The notes below the pieces were generated by a model. The model saw nothing but the letters and a program-made list of their open reading frames with translations. It ran no database searches and was not told the origin of the DNA. Positions 40,801-54,500 of a stretch of DNA of 64,000 nucleotides are shown piece after piece. Position 1 is the first letter of the stretch. Each line of letters begins with the position of its first letter. Origin of the DNA: Felis catus (taxonomy: Eukaryota); assembly GCF_018350175.1 (NCBI RefSeq), contig NC_058383.1, positions 16,556,001 through 16,620,000 on the forward strand, written 5' to 3'. The translations under genes and the position numbers were made by a program.

Positions 40801-43800
40801 CCCTGGGACTTTTCAGGCAGGCACGGCAGACTATTTCCAAGGCTTCTTTCTTCATGAAGGGAGAAGGAAAGAGGGTGGTCCCACACTGAGGTTTCACAGA
40901 GTGGAGGCTCTAGCATTGCCCTGCGAATTGACCGAGGGGTTGAGAAAGCCTGCCAACCTGTTGCAACCAGGCGTTGCTGAGCTGAAAAAGGCTTCCCACC
41001 GTGCTGTGTTTCACTCTGTGGCTCTTTGCAGCCTGGCTCCACACAGCTTTGCACACACGTCTAGCTTTGGGAAACGAGAGGGTCTTCACAGCAAGGATGC
41101 AGCCCAGTGTCGTTTCACCACAAGAATGTGAGGCAGTCTCCGTACAGGTCATGCCTCGTTTCCCAGACACTTGTCAGTTGGGGAAACCCCAATATGTGTG
41201 AAACGCGTATCGCCGGACCGTGGTTCCACACAGCTCCCTTGGTGGACACCTCGCGTTCAGCGCCCCCGTCTCAGTGTTTCCAAGGCTTCTAACTGTGGGA
41301 ACCGAGATGTTCGTTCCAAGCGGGATCTTATGGCCCCACTCCGAAACCACCCCACAAGCACACTCCCACGGTCTTCTTTCCTGCACCTCAGCCCAGGGAG
41401 CTTACCATGTCGGCCAGCGTCAGTTTCCCAACACTTGTGTACCTTAGCCACACCAGCTGTCAGTGGCTAGACGGTCTCCCCACCTTGAGGCTTCTGAGAG
41501 GTGCGGAGACGCCACTGGCCTCAGAGCTCCGTTCTCGTGGGGCCGCTGCAGACCCTGCTGACACGAGGGAAGCAAGATGGGTTCTCGGGGAAGGATTGCC
41601 CATAGTGGCTTAGGAGCGAGTTCTGCGTCTGATACTGTCGTCCTGTGGCCCCACCGAGGTTTTCCCACCCCCTTGACTGTGTGAAACGAGGTGTCCGTCC
41701 GTGGGACAGGTGGAGTCACCATAGTGTGGTTTCTCCAGATGAGCTTAGGACAGTCTAACGCCCAGGGTCGGTACACCTACTCCCACACTTCTGACTTCCC
41801 GGAGTCCACTGAGGTCAGGTGATGTCGGTTACCGCACAGCCTTGCATCTGGGCGACGCACATGGGGCGCATCCCTGTGAGGCCCCGCAAGCATTTCTAAC
41901 CCTGGTAACTTTAGGGGAAGGAGAAGTTGGTCGACGTCTGGACACCGCCCCCTGTTGGCTGCACAGCCTTGAGGGCACGGGGCTCGCCTCGTCGCCCCGC
42001 CGGGCTTCTCAGCAGACAGTTCGTGCTTAGGGAAATGGGGTGTCAGTTGAAAGAGGCCCTCCGCACGAGTGTGCTTCACGGAGCTGAGTCGAGGGGACGG
42101 GCCCTCTCGGCCCCGCAGTGCTCTCCAGCAAGCACTTCCGCCTTAGTGGAACAACGTGTTGGTTGAAAGCTGGCTGTCCCCAACTGGAGTTTCTCTGGCA
42201 GAGTTCAGTCCCTGGGACTTTTCAGGCAGGCACGGCAGACTATTTCCAAGGCTTCTTTCTTCATGAAGGGAGAAGGAAAAACGGTGGTCCCACACTGAGG
42301 TTTCACAGAGTGGAGGCCCTAGCATTGCCCTGCGAATTGACCGAGGGGTTGGGAAAGCCTGCCAACCTGTTGCAACCAGGCGATGCTGAGCTGAAAAAGG
42401 CTTCCCACCGTGCTGTGTTTCACTCTGTGGCTCTTTGCAGCCTGGCTCCACACAGCTTTGCACACACGTCTAGCTTTGGGAAATGAGAGGGTCGTCACAG
42501 CAAGGATGCAGCCCAGTGTCGTTTCACCACAAGAGTGTGAGGCAGTCTCCGCACAGGTCATGCCTCGTTTCCCAGACACTTGTCAGTTGGGGAAACCCCA
42601 ATATGTGTGAAACGCGTATCGCCGGACCGTGGTTCCACACAGCTCCCTTGGTGGACACGTCGCGTTCAGCGCCCCCGTCTCAGTGTTTCCAAGGCTTCTA
42701 ACTGTGGGAACCGAGATGTTCGTTCCAAGCGGGATCTTATGGCCCCACTCCGAAACCACCCCACAAGCACTCTCCCACGGTCTTCTTTCCTGCACCTCAG
42801 CCCAGGGAGCTTACCTTGTCGGCCAGCGTCAGTTTTCCAACACTTGTGTACCTTAGCCACACCAGCTGTCAGTGGCTAGACGGTCTCCCCACCTTGAGGC
42901 TTCTGAGAGGTGCGGAGACGCCACTGGCCTGACAGCTCCGTTCTCGTGGGGCCGCTGCAGACACTGCTGACACGAGGGAAGCAAGATGGGTTCTCGGGGA
43001 AGGATTGCCCATAGTGGCTTAGGAGCGAGTTCTGCGTCCGGTACTGTCGTCGTATGGCCCCGCCGAGGTTTTCCCACCCCCTTGACTGTGTGAAACGAGG
43101 TGTCCGTCCGTGGGACAGGTGGAGTCACCATAGTGTGGTTTCTCCAGATGAGCTGAGGACAGTCTAACGCCCAGGGTCGGTACACCTACTCCCACACTTC
43201 TGACTTCCCGGAGTCCACTGAGGTCAGGTGATGTCGGTTACCGCACAGCCTTGCATCTGGGCGACGCACATGGGGCGCATCCCTGTGAGGCCCCGCAAGC
43301 ATTTCTAACCCTGGTAACTTTAGGGGAAGGAGAAGTTGGTCGACGTCTGGACACCGCCCCCTGTTGGCTGCACAGCCTTGAGGGCACGGGTCTCGCCTCG
43401 TCGCCCCGCCGGGCTTCTCAGCAGACAGTTCGTGCTTAGGGAAATGGGGTGTCAGTTGAAAGAGGCCCTCCGCACGAGTGTGCTTCCCGGAGCTGAGTCG
43501 AGGGGACGGGCCCTCTCGGCCCCGCAGTGCTCTCCAGCAAGCACTTCCGCCTTAGTGGAACAACGTGTTGGTTGAAAGCTGGCTTTCCCCAACTGGAGTT
43601 TCTCTGGCAGAGTTCAGTCCCTGGGACTTTTCAGGCAGGCACGGCAGACTATTTCCAAGGCTTCTTTCTTCATGAAGGGAGAAGGAAAGAGGGTGGTCCC
43701 ACACTGAGGTTTCACAGAGTGGAGGCCCTAGCATTGCCCTGCGAATTGACCGAGGGGTTGGGAAAGCCTGCCAACCTGTTGCAACCAGGCGTTGCTGAGC

Positions 43801-46800
43801 TGAAAAAGGCTTCCCACCGTGCTGTGTTTCACTCTGTGGCTCTTTGCAGCCTGGCTCCACACAGCTTTGCACACACGTCTAGCTTTGGGAAATGAGAGGG
43901 TCGTCACAGCAAGGATGCAGCCCAGTGTCGTTTCACCACAAGAGTGTGAGGCAGTCTCCGCACAGGTCATGCCTCGTTTCCCAGACACTTGTCAGTTGGG
44001 GAAACCCCAATATGTGTGAAACGCGTATCGCCGGACCGTGGTTCCACACAGCTCCCTTGGTGGACACGTCGCGTTCAGCGCCCCCGTCTCAGTGTTTCCA
44101 AGGCTTCTAACTGTGGGAACCGAGATGTTCGTTCCAAGCGGGATCTTATGGCCCCACTCCGAAACCACCCCACAAGCACTCTCCCACGGTCTTCTTTCCT
44201 GCACCTCAGCCCAGGGAGCTTACCTTGTCGGCCAGCGTCAGTTTTCCAACACTTGTGTACCTTAGCCACACCAGCTGTCAGTGGCTAGACGGTCTCCCCA
44301 CCTTGAGGCTTCTGAGAGGTGCGGAGACGCCACTGGCCTGACAGCTCCGTTCTCGTGGGGCCGCTGCAGACACTGCTGACACGAGGGAAGCAAGATGGGT
44401 TCTCGGGGAAGGATTGCCCATAGTGGCTTAGGAGCGAGTTCTGCGTCCGGTACTGTCGTCCTGTGGCCCCGCCGAGGTTTTCCCACCCCCTTGACTGTGT
44501 GAAACGAGGTGTCCGTCCGTGGGACAGGTGGAGTCACCATAGTGTGGTTTCTCCAGATGAGCTTAGGACAGTCTAACGCCCAGGGTCGGTACACCTACTC
44601 CCACACTTCTGACTTCCCGGAGTCCACTGAGGTCAGGTGATGTCGGTTACCGCACAGCCTTGCATCTGGGCGACGCACATGGGGCGCATCCCTGTGAGGC
44701 CCCGCAAGCATTTCTAACCCTGGTAACTTTAGGGGAAGGAGAAGTTGGTCGACGTCTGGACACCGCCCCCTGTTGGCTGCACAGCCTTGAGGGCACGGGG
44801 CTCGCCTCGTCGCCCCGCCGGGCTTCTCAGCAGACAGTTCGTGCTTAGGGAAATGGGGTGTCAGTTGAAAGAGGCCCTCCGCACGAGTGTGCTTCCCGGA
44901 GCTGAGTCGAGGGGACGGGCCCTCTCGGCCCCGCAGTGCTCTCCAGCAAGCACTTCCGCCTTAGTGGAACAACGTGTTGGTTGAAAGCTGGCTTATCCCA
45001 ACTGGAGTTTCTCTGGCAGAGTTCAGTCCCTGGGACTTTTCAGGCAGGCACGGCAGACTATTTCCAAGGCTTCTTTCTTCATGAAGGGAGAAGGAAAGAG
45101 GGTGGTCCCACACTGAGGTTTCACAGAGTGGAGGCTCTAGCATTGCCCTGCGAATTGACCGAGGGGTTGAGAAAGCCTGCCAACCTGTTGCAACCAGGCG
45201 TTGCTGAGCTGAAAAAGGCTTCCCACCGTGCTGTGTTTCACTCTGTGGCTCTTTGCAGCCTGGCTCCACACAGCTTTGCACACACGTCTAGCTTTGGGAA
45301 ACGAGAGGGTCTTCACAGCAAGGATGCAGCCCAGTGTCGTTTCACCACAAGAATGTGAGGCAGTCTCCGCACAGGTCATGCCTCGTTTCCCAGACACTTG
45401 TCAGTTGGGGAAACCCCAATATGTGTGAAACGCGTATCGCCGGACCGTGGTTCCACACAGCTCCCTTGGTGGACACCTCGCGTTCAGCGCCCCCGTCTCA
45501 GTGTTTCCAAGGCTTCTAACTGTGGGAACCGAGATGTTCGTTCCAAGCGGGATCTTATGGCCCCACTCCGAAACCACCCCACAAGCACACTCCCACGGTC
45601 TTCTTTCCTGCACCTCAGCCCAGGGAGCTTACCATGTCGGCCAGCGTCAGTTTCCCAACACTTGTGTACCTTAGCCACACCAGCTGTCAGTGGCTAGACG
45701 GTCTCCCCACCTTGAGGCTTCTGAGAGGTGCGGAGACGCCACTGGCCTCAGAGCTCCGTTCTCGTGGGGCCGCTGCAGACCCTGCTGACACGAGGGAAGC
45801 AAGATGGGTTCTCGGGGAAGGATTGCCCATAGTGGCTTAGGAGCGAGTTCTGCGTCTGATACTGTCGTCCTGTGGCCCCACCGAGGTTTTCCCACCCCCT
45901 TGACTGTGTGAAACGAGGTGTCCGTCCGTGGGACAGGTGGAGTCACCATAGTGTGGTTTCTCCAGATGAGCTTAGGACAGTCTAACGCCCAGGGTCGGTA
46001 CACCTACTCCCACACTTCTGACTTCCCGGAGTCCACTGAGGTCAGGTGATGTCGGTTACCGCACAGCCTTGCATCTGGGCGACGCACATGGGGCGCATCC
46101 CTGTGAGGCCCCGCAAGCATTTCTAACCCTGGTAACTTTAGGGGAAGGAGAAGTTGGTCGACGTCTGGACACCGCCCCCTGTTGGCTGCACAGCCTTGAG
46201 GGCACGGGGCTCGCCTCGTCGCCCCGCCGGGCTTCTCAGCAGACAGTTCGTGCTTAGGGAAATGGGGTGTCAGTTGAAAGAGGCCCTCCGCACGAGTGTG
46301 CTTCACGGAGCTGAGTCGAGGGGACGGGCCCTCTCGGCCCCGCAGTGCTCTCCAGCAAGCACTTCCGCCTTAGTGGAACAACGTGTTGGTTGAAAGCTGG
46401 CTGTCCCCAACTGGAGTTTCTCTGGCAGAGTTCAGTCCCTGGGACTTTTCAGGCAGGCACGGCAGACTATTTCCAAGGCTTCTTCCTTCGTGAAGGGAGA
46501 AGGAAAAACGGTGGTCCCACACTGAGGTTTCACAGAGTGGAGGCCCTAGCATTGCCCTGCGAATTGACCGAGGGGTTGGGAAAGCCTGCCAACCTGTTGC
46601 AACCAGGCGATGCTGAGCTGAAAAAGGCTTCCCACCGTGCTGTGTTTCACTCTGTGGCTCTTTGCAGCCTGGCTCCACACAGCTTTGCACACACGTCTAG
46701 CTTTGGGAAATGAGAGGGTCGTCACAGCAAGGATGCAGCCCAGTGTCGTTTCACCACAAGAGTGTGAGGCAGTCTCCGCACAGGTCATGCCTCGTTTCCC

Positions 46801-48567
46801 AGACACTTGTCAGTTGGGGAAACCCCAATATGTGTGAAACGCGTATCGCCGGACCGTGGTTCCACACAGCTCCCTTGGTGGACACGTCGCGTTCAGCGCC
46901 CCCGTCTCAGTGTTTCCAAGGCTTCTAACTGTGGGAACCGAGATGTTCGTTCCAAGCGGGATCTTATGGCCCCACTCCGAAACCACCCCACAAGCACTCT
47001 CCCACGGTCTTCTTTCCTGCACCTCAGCCCAGGGAGCTTACCTTGTCGGCCAGCGTCAGTTTTCCAACACTTGTGTACCTTAGCCACACCAGCTGTCAGT
47101 GGCTAGACGGTCTCCCCACCTTGAGGCTTCTGAGAGGTGCGGAGACGCCACTGGCCTGACAGCTCCGTTCTCGTGGGGCCGCTGCAGACACTGCTGACAC
47201 GAGGGAAGCAAGATGGGTTCTCGGGGAAGGATTGCCCATAGTGGCTTAGGAGCGAGTTCTGCGTCCGGTACTGTCGTCGTATGGCCCCGCCGAGGTTTTC
47301 CCACCCCCTTGACTGTGTGAAACGAGGTGTCCGTCCGTGGGACAGGTGGAGTCACCATAGTGTGGTTTCTCCAGATGAGCTGAGGACAGTCTAACGCCCA
47401 GGGTCGGTACACCTACTCCCACACTTCTGACTTCCCGGAGTCCACTGAGGTCAGGTGATGTCGGTTACCGCACAGCCTTGTATCTGGGCGACGTACATGG
47501 GGCGCATCCCTGTGAGGCCCCGCAAGCATTTCTAACCCTGGTAACTTTAGGGGAAGGAGAAGTTGGTCGACGTCTGGACACCGCCCCCTGTTGGCTGCAC
47601 AGCCTTGAGGGCACGGGGCTCGCCTCGTCGCCCCGCCGGGCTTCTCAGCAGACAGTTCGTGCTTAGGGAAATGGGGTGTCAGTTGAAAGAGGCCCTCCGC
47701 ACGAGTGTGCTTCCCGGAGCTGAGTCGAGGGGACGGGCCCTCTCGGCCCCGCAGTGCTCTCCAGCAAGCACTTCCGCCTTAGTGGAACAACGTGTTGGTT
47801 GAAAGCTGGCTTTCCCCAACTGGAGTTTCTCTGGCAGAGTTCAGTCCCTGGGACTTTTCAGGCAGGCACGGCAGACTATTTCCAAGGCTTCTTTCTTCAT
47901 GAAGGGAGAAGGAAAGAGGGTGGTCCCACACTGAGGTTTCACAGAGTGGAGGCCCTAGCATTGCCCTGCGAATTGACCGAGGGGTTGGGAAAGCCTGCCA
48001 ACCTGTTGCAACCAGGCGTTGCTGAGCTGAAAAAGGCTTCCCACCGTGCTGTGTTTCACTCTGTGGCTCTTTGCAGCCTGGCTCCACACAGCTTTGCACA
48101 CACGTCTAGCTTTGGGAAATGAGAGGGTCGTCACAGCAAGGATGCAGCCCAGTGTCGTTTCACCACAAGAGTGTGAGGCAGTCTCCGCACAGGTCATGCC
48201 TCGTTTCCCAGACACTTGTCAGTTGGGGAAACCCCAATATGTGTGAAACGCGTATCGCCGGACCGTGGTTCCACACAGCTCCCTTGGTGGACACGTCGCG
48301 TTCAGCGCCCCCGTCTCAGTGTTTCCAAGGCTTCTAACTGTGGGAACCGAGATGTTCGTTCCAAGCGGGATCTTATGGCCCCACTCCGAAACCACCCCAC
48401 AAGCACTCTCCCACGGTCTTCTTTCCTGCACCTCAGCCCAGGGAGCTTACCTTGTCGGCCAGCGTCAGTTTTCCAACACTTGTGTACCTTAGCCACACCA
48501 GCTGTCAGTGGCTAGACGGTCTCCCCACCTTGAGGCTTCTGAGAGGTGCGGAGACGCCACTGGCCTG
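4894..48567. repeat. 3-monomer higher-order repeat (A-B-C, 4,227 bp) with irregular 1-, 2- and 4-monomer steps
   Basis: The type-A haplotype is marked by the MSASVSF ORF, which starts at 6186, 10413, 14640, 18867, 23094, 25912, 30139, 31546, 35772, 41407 and 45634. Steps are 4227 x4, 2818, 4227, 1407, 4226, 5635, 4227. Confidence 0.85.
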
Positions 48568-51500
48568 ACAGCTCCGTTCTCGTGGGGCCGCTGCAGACAC
48601 TGCTGACACGAGGGAAGCAAGATGGGTTCTCGGGGAAGGATTGCCCATAGTGGCTTAGGAGCGAGTTCTGCGTCCGGTACTGTCGTCCTGTGGCCCCACC
48701 GAGGTTTTCCCACCCCCTTGACTGTGTGAAACGAGGTGTCCGTCCGTGGGACAGGTGGAGTCACCATAGTGTGGTTTCTCCAGATGAGCTGAGGACAGTC
48801 TAACGCCCAGGGTCGGTACACCTACTCCCACACTTCTGACTTCCCGGAGTCCACTGAGGTCAGGTGATGTCGGTTACCGCACAGCCTTGCATCTGGGCGA
48901 CGCACATGGGGCGCATCCCTGTGAGGCCCCGCAAGCATTTCTAACCCTGGTAACTTTAGGGGAAGGAGAAGTTGGTCGACGTCTGGACACCGCCCCCTGT
49001 TGGCTGCACAGCCTTGAGGGCACGGGTCTCGCCTCGTCGCCCCGCCGGGCTTCTCAGCAGACAGTTCGTGCTTAGGGAAATGGGGTGTCAGTTGAAAGAG
49101 GCCCTCCGCACGAGTGTGCTTCCCGGAGCTGAGTCGAGGGGACGGGCCCTCTCGGCCCCGCAGTGCTCTCCAGCAAGCACTTCCGCCTTAGTGGAACAAC
49201 GTGTTGGTTGAAAGCTGGCTTATCCCAACTGGAGTTTCTCTGGCAGAGTTCAGTCCCTGGGACTTTTCAGGCAGGCACGGCAGACTATTTCCAAGGCTTC
49301 TTTCTTCATGAAGGGAGAAGGAAAGAGGGTGGTCCCACACTGAGGTTTCACAGAGTGGAGGCCCTAGCATTGCCCTGCGAATTGACCGAGGGGTTGGGAA
49401 AGCCTGCCAACCTGTTGCAACCAGGCGTTGCTGAGCTGAAAAAGGCTTCCCACCGTGCTGTGTTTCACTCTGTGGCTCTTTGCAGCCTGGCTCCACACAG
49501 CTTTGCACACACGTCTAGCTTTGGGAAACGAGAGGGTCGTCACAGCAAGGATGCAGCCCAGTGTCGTTTCACCACAAGAGTGTGAGGCAGTCTCCGCACA
49601 GGTCATGCCTCGTTTCCCAGACACTTGTCAGTTGGGGAAACCCCAATATGTGTGAAACGCGTATCGCCGGACCGTGGTTCCACACAGCTCCCTTGGTGGA
49701 CACGTCGCGTTCAGCGCCCCCGTCTCAGTGTTTCCAAGGCTTCTAACTGTGGGAACCGAGATGTTCGTTCCAAGCGGGATCTTATGGCCCCACTCCGAAA
49801 CCACCCCACAAGCACTCTCCCACGGTCTTCTTTCCTGCACCTCAGCCCAGGGAGCTTACCTTGTCGGCCAGCGTCAGTTTTCCAACACTTGTGTACCTTA
49901 GCCACACCAGCTGTCAGTGGCTAGACGGTCTCCCCACCTTGAGGCTTCTGAGAGGTGCGGAGACGCCACTGGCCTGACAGCTCCGTTCTCGGGGGGCCGC
50001 TGCAGACACTGCTGACACGAGGGAAGCAAGATGGGTTCTCGGGGAAGGATTGCCCATAGTGGCTTAGGAGCGAGTTCTGCGTCCGGTACTGTCGTCGTAT
50101 GGCCCCGCCGAGGTTTTCCCACCCCCTTGACTGTGTGAAACGAGGTGTCCGTCCGTGGGACAGGTGGAGTCACCATAGTGTGGTTTCTCCAGATGAGCTT
50201 AGGACAGTCTAACGCCCAGGGTCGGTACACCTACTCCCACACTTCTGACTTCCCGGAGTCCACTGAGGTCAGGTGATGTCGGTTACCGCACAGCCTTGCA
50301 TCTGGGCGACGCACATGGGGCGCATCCCTGTGAGGCCCCGCAAGCATTTCTAACCCTGGTAACTTTAGGGGAAGGAGAAGTTGGTCGACGTCTGGACACC
50401 GCCCCCTGTTGGCTGCACAGCCTTGAGGGCACGGGGCTCGCCTCGTCGCCCCGCCGGGCTTCTCAGCAGACAGTTCGTGCTTAGGGAAATGGGGTGTCAG
50501 TTGAAAGAGGCCCTCCGCACGAGTGTGCTTCCCGGAGCTGAGTCGAGGGGACGGGCCCTCTCGGCCCCGCAGTGCTCTCCAGCAAGCACTTCCGCCTTAG
50601 TGGAACAACGTGTTGGTTGAAAGCTGGCTGTCCCCAACTGGAGTTTCTCTGGCAGAGTTCAGTCCCTGGGACTTTTCAGGCAGGCACGGCAGACTATTTC
50701 CAAGGCTTCTTTCTTCATGAAGGGAGAAGGAAAGAGGGTGGTCCCACACTGAGGTTTCACAGAGTGGAGGCCCTAGCATTGCCCTGCGAATTGACCGAGG
50801 GGTTGGGAAAGCCTGCCAACCTGTTGCAACCAGGCGTTGCTGAGCTGAAAAAGGCTTCCCACCGTGCTGTGTTTCACTCTGTGGCTCTTTGCAGCCTGGC
50901 TCCACACAGCTTTGCACACACGTCTAGCTTTGGGAAACGAGAGGGTCGTCACAGCAAGGATGCAGCCCAGTGTCGTTTCACCACAAGAGTGTGAGGCAGT
51001 CTCCGCACAGGTCATGCCTCGTTTCCCAGACACTTGTCAGTTGGGGAAACCCCAATATGTGTGAAACGCGTATCGCCGGACCGTGGTTCCACACAGCTCC
51101 CTTGGTGGACACGTCGCGTTCAGCGCCCCCGTCTCAGTGTTTCCAAGGCTTCTAACTGTGGGAACCGAGATGTTCGTTCCAAGCGGGATCTTATGGCCCC
51201 ACTCCGAAACCACCCCACAAGCACTCTCCCACGGTCTTCTTTCCTGCACCTCAGCCCAGGGAGCTTACCTTGTCGGCCAGCGTCAGTTTTCCAACACTTG
51301 TGTACCTTAGCCACACCAGCTGTCAGTGGCTAGACGGTCTCCCCACCTTGAGGCTTCTGAGAGGTGCGGAGACGCCACTGGCCTGACAGCTCCGTTCTCG
51401 TGGGGCCGCTGCAGACACTGCTGACACGAGGGAAGCAAGATGGGTTCTCGGGGAAGGATTGCCCATAGTGGCTTAGGAGCGAGTTCTGCGTCCGGTACTG

Positions 51501-54500
51501 TCGTCGTATGGCCCCGCCGAGGTTTTCCCACCCCCTTGACTGTGTGAAACGAGGTGTCCGTCCGTGGGACAGGTGGAGTCACCATAGTGTGGTTTCTCCA
51601 GATGAGCTTAGGACAGTCTAACGCCCAGGGTCGGTACACCTACTCCCACACTTCTGACTTCCCGGAGTCCACTGAGGTCAGGTGATGTCGGTTACCGCAC
51701 AGCCTTGCATCTGGGCGACGCACATGGGGCGCATCCCTGTGAGGCCCCGCAAGCATTTCTAACCCTGGTAACTTTAGGGGAAGGAGAAGTTGGTCGACGT
51801 CTGGACACCGCCCCCTGTTGGCTGCACAGCCTTGAGGGCACGGGGCTCGCCTCGTCGCCCCGCCGGGCTTCTCAGCAGACAGTTCGTGCTTAGGGAATCG
51901 GGGTGTCAGTTGAAAGAGGCCCTCCGCACGAGTGTGCTTCACGGAGCTGAGTCGAGGGGACGGGCCCTCTCGGCCCCGCAGTGCTCTCCAGCAAGCACTT
52001 CCGCCTTAGTGGAACAACGTGTTGGTTGAAAGCTGGCTTTCCCCAACTGGAGTTTCTCTGGCAGAGTTCAGTCCCTGGGACTTTTCAGGCAGGCACGGCA
52101 GACTATTTCCAAGGCTTCTTTCTTCATGAAGGGAGAAGGAAAGAGGGTGGTCCCACACTGAGGTTTCACAGAGTGGAGGCCCTAGCATTGCCCTGCGAAT
52201 TGACCGAGGGGTTGGGAAAGCCTGCCAACCTGTTGCAACCAGGCGTTGCTGAGCTGAAAAAGGCTTCCCACCGTGCTGTGTTTCACTCTGTGGCTCTTTG
52301 CAGCCTGGCTCCACACAGCTTTGCACACACGTCTAGCTTTGGGAAACGAGAGGGTCGTCACAGCAAGGATGCAGCCCAGTGTCGTTTCACCACAAGAGTG
52401 TGAGGCAGTCTCCGCACAGGTCATGCCTCGTTTCCCAGACACTTGTCAGTTGGGGAAACCCCAATATGTGTGAAACGCGTATCGCCGGACCGTGGTTCCA
52501 CACAGCTCCCTTGGTGGACACGTCGCGTTCAGCGCCCCCGTCTCAGTGTTTCCAAGGCTTCTAACTGTGGGAACCGAGATGTTCGTTCCAAGCGGGATCT
52601 TATGGCCCCACTCCGAAACCACCCCACAAGCACACTCCCACGGTCTTCTTTCCTGCACCTCAGCCCAGGGAGCTTACCTTGTCGGCCAGCGTCAGTTTTC
52701 CAACACTTGTGTACCTTAGCCACACCAGCTGTCAGTGGCTAGACGGTCTCCCCACCTTGAGGCTTCTGAGAGGTGCGGAGACGCCACTGGCCTGACAGCT
52801 CCGTTCTCGTGGGGCCGCTGCAGACACTGCTGACACGAGGGAAGCAAGATGGGTTCTCGGGGAAGGATTGCCCATAGTGGCTTAGGAGCGAGTTCTGCGT
52901 CCGGTACTGTCGTCCTGTGGCCCCACCGAGGTTTTCCCACCCCCTTGACTGTGTGAAACGAGGTGTCCGTCCGTGGGACAGGTGGAGTCACCATAGTGTG
53001 GTTTCTCCAGATGAGCTTAGGACAGTCTAACGCCCAGGGTCGGTACACCTACTCCCACACTTCTGACTTCCCGGAGTCCACTGAGGTCAGGTGATGTCGG
53101 TTACCGCACAGCCTTGCATCTGGGCGACGCACATGGGGCGCATCCCTGTGAGGCCCCGCAAGCATTTCTAACCCTGGTAACTTTAGGGGAAGGAGAAGTT
53201 GGTCGACGTCTGGACACCGCCCCCTGTTGGCTGCACAGCCTTGAGGGCACGGGGCTCGCCTCGTCGCCCCGCCGGGCTTCTCAGCAGACAGTTCGTGCTT
53301 AGGGAAATGGGGTGTCAGTTGAAAGAGGCCCTCCGCACGAGTGTGCTTCCCGGAGCTGAGTCGAGGGGACGGGCCCTCTCGGCCCCGCAGTGCTCTCCAG
53401 CAAGCACTTCCGCCTTAGTGGAACAACGTGTTGGTTGAAAGCTGGCTTATCCCAACTGGAGTTTCTCTGGCAGAGTTCAGTCCCTGGGACTTTTCAGGCA
53501 GGCACGGCAGACTATTTCCAAGGCTTCTTTCTTCATGAAGGGAGAAGGAAAGAGGGTGGTCCCACACTGAGGTTTCACAGAGTGGAGGCCCTAGCATTGC
53601 CCTGCGAATTGACCGAGGGGTTGGGAAAGCCTGCCAACCTGTTGCAACCAGGCGTTGCTGAGCTGAAAAAGGCTTCCCACCGTGCTGTGTTTCACTCTGT
53701 GGCTCTTTGCAGCCTGGCTCCACACAGCTTTGCACACACGTCTAGCTTTGGGAAACGAGAGGGTCGTCACAGCAAGGATGCAGCCCAGTGTCGTTTCACC
53801 ACAAGAGTGTGAGGCAGTCTCCGCACAGGTCATGCCTCGTTTCCCAGACACTTGTCAGTTGGGGAAACCCCAATATGTGTGAAACGCGTATCGCCGGACC
53901 GTGGTTCCACACAGCTCCCTTGGTGGACACGTCGCGTTCAGCGCCCCCGTCTCAGTGTTTCCAAGGCTTCTAACTGTGGGAACCGAGATGTTCGTTCCAA
54001 GCGGGATCTTATGGCCCCACTCCGAAACCACCCCACAAGCACTCTCCCACGGTCTTCTTTCCTGCACCTCAGCCCAGGGAGCTTACCTTGTCGGCCAGCG
54101 TCAGTTTTCCAACACTTGTGTACCTTAGCCACACCAGCTGTCAGTGGCTAGACGGTCTCCCCACCTTGAGGCTTCTGAGAGGTGCGGAGACGCCACTGGC
54201 CTGACAGCTCCGTTCTCGTGGGGCCGCTGCAGACACTGCTGACACGAGGGAAGCAAGATGGGTTCTCGGGGAAGGATTGCCCATAGTGGCTTAGGAGCGA
54301 GTTCTGCGTCCGGTACTGTCGTCCTGTGGCCCCACCGAGGTTTTCCCACCCCCTTGACTGTGTGAAACGAGGTGTCCGTCCGTGGGACAGGTGGAGTCAC
54401 CATAGTGTGGTTTCTCCAGATGAGCTGAGGACAGTCTAACGCCCAGGGTCGGTACACCTACTCCCACACTTCTGACTTCCCGGAGTCCACTGAGGTCAGG

